Part shown: positions 61,801-64,000 of the stretch, one piece after another
Numbering within the stretch: the first letter of the stretch is position 1
Layout: each line of letters opens with the position of its first letter
From: Nitrospirota bacterium
GTDB taxonomy: Bacteria; Nitrospirota; UBA9217
Direction: 5' to 3'
Assembly: GCA_963749655.1 (NCBI GenBank)
Contig: CAVVOB010000023.1
Coordinates: 1-64,000, forward strand
Length of the DNA: 64,000 bases
Position numbers and translations under genes: made by a program
The notes under the pieces: generated by a model
The model's database searches: none
Told to the model about the DNA's origin: nothing
Seen by the model: the letters and a program-made list of their open reading frames with translations, nothing else

Positions 61801-62304
61801 CTAGACTTCCTTGAGCAGGACCTGCGATATGTCCTTGCGAGCAGAGGAGTGGTTTTTTGATGCCGGATGTCCCAGTGCCACAACGGCCATCAATTCCATG
61901 TTCGCGTCCAGGCCCAGCAGGGTACGCACCGCATCGGCATTCTTCAGGATCTCGCCGAGCCAGACCGCGCCGAGGCCCAGGGCATGGGCAGCGAGCAGCA
62001 TGTTCTGGAGACAGGCGCCCATCGCCTGGTGATCCTTGACATCGTTGTACATGACGCTCCGGTCCACGAAGACCGCTATGCAGGCGGGAGCGCGCTCGAT
62101 GATGAAGTGGTACTTCGTCTGCTTCGCAAGGTCATTGCGGACCGCAGCGCCTGTTACGATCACGAAACGCCAGGGCTGGTTGTTAAGCCCCGAAGGCGCC
62201 CAGGTGCCTGCCTTGACGATTTCCCGGAGCTGCTCGCGCGACACCGCCTTGTCCGTGAATTGCCGGATGCTCCGGCGGGTATAAATGCCTTCGAACAGGT
62301 CCAT
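61801..62304 (-). CDS. Nitroreductase family protein
   Basis: RRSIRQF, APSGLNNQPWRF, QNMLLAAHALGLGAVW. Confidence 0.93.
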   Translation of the reverse strand: MDLFEGIYTRRSIRQFTDKAVSREQLREIVKAGTWAPSGLNNQPWRFVIVTGAAVRNDLAKQTKYHFIIERAPACIAVFVDRSVMYNDVKDHQAMGACLQNMLLAAHALGLGAVWLGEILKNADAVRTLLGLDANMELMAVVALGHPASKNHSSARKDISQVLLKEV

Positions 62305-62536
62305 GAAGAATGTTCCTCTTTTTCAGTATGTTTGTTTCCCAAAAGTCGACCAAAAAATTTCGCTTGATTTCCCGGCGTTGCAAAAGGTTGCATAGGGGCA
62401 ACCAGAAAAATGTTGCATATCTAAAATTTTAAGTTATACTATTAATTATTGCGTGACAATGCTTCCAGCGAGCATCCGGCAAAGGCATCACCAGCGTGAA
62501 GCACGATGATACTTAACAATTGGTGAGGTTCGTGCT

Positions 62537-62941
62537 ATGACAAAAATTAAAGAGATTATTGAGAGTGACGGGCAGCACCTTCCCCTGGTGAACTGCTGCT
62601 CCCTGGGAGTCATTACCTTCACGCGACGCGAATGGTCCGACCATACGGTCCGCATCACCGATTTGAGCGAGAACGGGGTGTGGATCGAATCCTCCCATCC
62701 TATCGAGCCCGGATTCGTATGGTTCCATGACCGGGTACGGGGCCACAAAGGCGGTCTCCTGATCTGGTGCAGAGAGCAGGGCGAAAAATATCGGGGTGTC
62801 ATTCAGTTCGTGCCGCTCACCCGCGATGAGGAGCGCACCGTGCAGGAACGGACACTCCGGACGAGCGGACACCGGCCGAATCGGAGTCCTGAGGAGATCA
62901 TCGCAGTGCTCGTGGAATCTATGGAAAGAAAGCTGCACTAA
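62537..62941 (+). CDS. Hypothetical protein with PilZ-like barrel
   Basis: ITDLSENGVWIES (DxSxxG); RBS GAGGT; promoter-like TTGCAT...TATACT upstream. Confidence 0.6.
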   Translation: MTKIKEIIESDGQHLPLVNCCSLGVITFTRREWSDHTVRITDLSENGVWIESSHPIEPGFVWFHDRVRGHKGGLLIWCREQGEKYRGVIQFVPLTRDEERTVQERTLRTSGHRPNRSPEEIIAVLVESMERKLH

Positions 62942-63020
62942 CATCCGCGGCTGATTGCCGATCTGCATCAGCGGTGCGGGCGACAGCTTTCGTACAATTT
63001 TCGCTTCCCTTCGATTTTTT

Positions 63021-63848
63021 CTATTTCGTCAATTCCCCATACTCGCCGGGCCTGCGATGCCTGAGGAACCCCCAGGTCTCGCCGGCGGCTGCGCGTTCGT
63101 CAAGGTCGATGTCGGCGATCACGATTGCGTCCTTGCTGCCCGCCAGTTCGGAAGCCATCTCGCCCCAGGGATCGGCGCAGAAACTCCGTCCGTAGAACGT
63201 TATGCCCTCCTCCTTGCCCACGCGGTTCACGCGGAAAATAAAAATATTGTTCGCAAAGGCGTTGGACGTGATGGACCGCTCCCACAGGGTGTGTGTGTTG
63301 AGCGATGCCGCCGTGGGAGCGAAGATGATCTCGGCGCCCTTGAGCGCCAGGATGCGCGAGCCTTCCGGAAACAGGTTGTCCCAGCAGATCTGAACGCCGA
63401 TCGTGCCGCAGGATGTTTTAAAGACGGGGAACCCCCCGTCGCCGGGGGAAAAATAGAACTGTTCGCGATAGAGCGGGAGGTTCGGCACATGCATCTTGCG
63501 ATAGAAGCCGAGGACCGTTCCGCAATCGATGACCGCTGCGCTGTTGTAGTAATGTCCTCCCGACGACTCGAAGAACGGGACTATAAGCACCGTGCTCGTG
63601 CTTCGCGACAGGGCCTGTAGCCGCTGGAGAGGCGGGCCGGCGGGATCCTGTGCCCAGGAGAAGATGGATTGTTCCTCCCGTCGCGGAAACCAGGGCGTGA
63701 GAAAGAGTTCGGGATAGCAGACGATCGCTGCGCCTTTTTCTGCCGCCAGCTCTGTCATCTCGACGGCGCGCTCGATGTTCCGGTCGAGTTCCGGCCTGGC
63801 ACTTGCCTGTATCCCGGCGATTCGTATTCTTCGTTCACCTGATGTCAT
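63021..63848 (-). CDS. Carbon-nitrogen hydrolase (N-carbamoylputrescine amidase/beta-ureidopropionase-like)
   Basis: Catalytic E-K-C triad: YPELF, YRKMHVP, QICWD. Confidence 0.92.
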   Translation of the reverse strand: MTSGERRIRIAGIQASARPELDRNIERAVEMTELAAEKGAAIVCYPELFLTPWFPRREEQSIFSWAQDPAGPPLQRLQALSRSTSTVLIVPFFESSGGHYYNSAAVIDCGTVLGFYRKMHVPNLPLYREQFYFSPGDGGFPVFKTSCGTIGVQICWDNLFPEGSRILALKGAEIIFAPTAASLNTHTLWERSITSNAFANNIFIFRVNRVGKEEGITFYGRSFCADPWGEMASELAGSKDAIVIADIDLDERAAAGETWGFLRHRRPGEYGELTK

Positions 63849-64000
63849 ATTTACCGAGCCATTATAGCTAATTTAAAAAAAATGTAAAAACTTTTTTTAC
63901 GAATCTTTTCCGGATACACGAACCAGCCTCTTGAGATTACCGCGGAAGGAAGCCACTGATCACCTGCTTTACCTTTGTCGTGGTTTTTCGAACCGTGACC

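Overview
A GC-rich bacterial chromosome segment; gene content and intergenic repeat style suggest Nitrospirota or a related lineage (inference only). Several conserved genes carry single-base frameshifts (metG, glgA, ABC permease, YeeE, type III res, two vWA genes), most likely long-read indel errors. Left to right: (1) 1-7.9 kb, a sulfur-handling locus with two YeeE/YedE transporters, two TusA-like carriers, a PAS histidine kinase plus sigma54 response regulator, and a sigma54 promoter driving an archaemetzincin-like protease and paralogous exported proteins; (2) a MacAB-like ABC exporter; (3) radA and the tmk-holB-ricT-metG-tatD/radical SAM block, an SMC-like ATPase and a pabB/trpE-like gene; (4) an unexplained, highly base-paired ~310-nt non-coding RNA candidate at 25021-25327 with its own sigma70 promoter and boxB/boxA-like leader; (5) a pterin/folate cluster; (6) a defence island with three type II TA pairs, a type III R-M system interrupted by a palindrome-flanked GIY-YIG nuclease, and RAYT, MNT and MazG remnants; (7) dciA, galT-glgA, a GAF kinase/response regulator, rlmD and a HEPN-MNT pair; (8) an 11-kb Ser/Thr-kinase/PP2C/FHA/vWA module with its own FHA-sigma54 activator, sigma54 promoter and palindromic enhancer candidate; (9) alcohol dehydrogenase, nitroreductase and nitrilase-family genes. 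No rRNA, tRNA or CRISPR array was seen. Best candidates for something new: the large ncRNA, the FHA/vWA sigma54 phospho-circuit, the TusA/YeeE sigma54 regulon and the REP-flanked GIY-YIG element.
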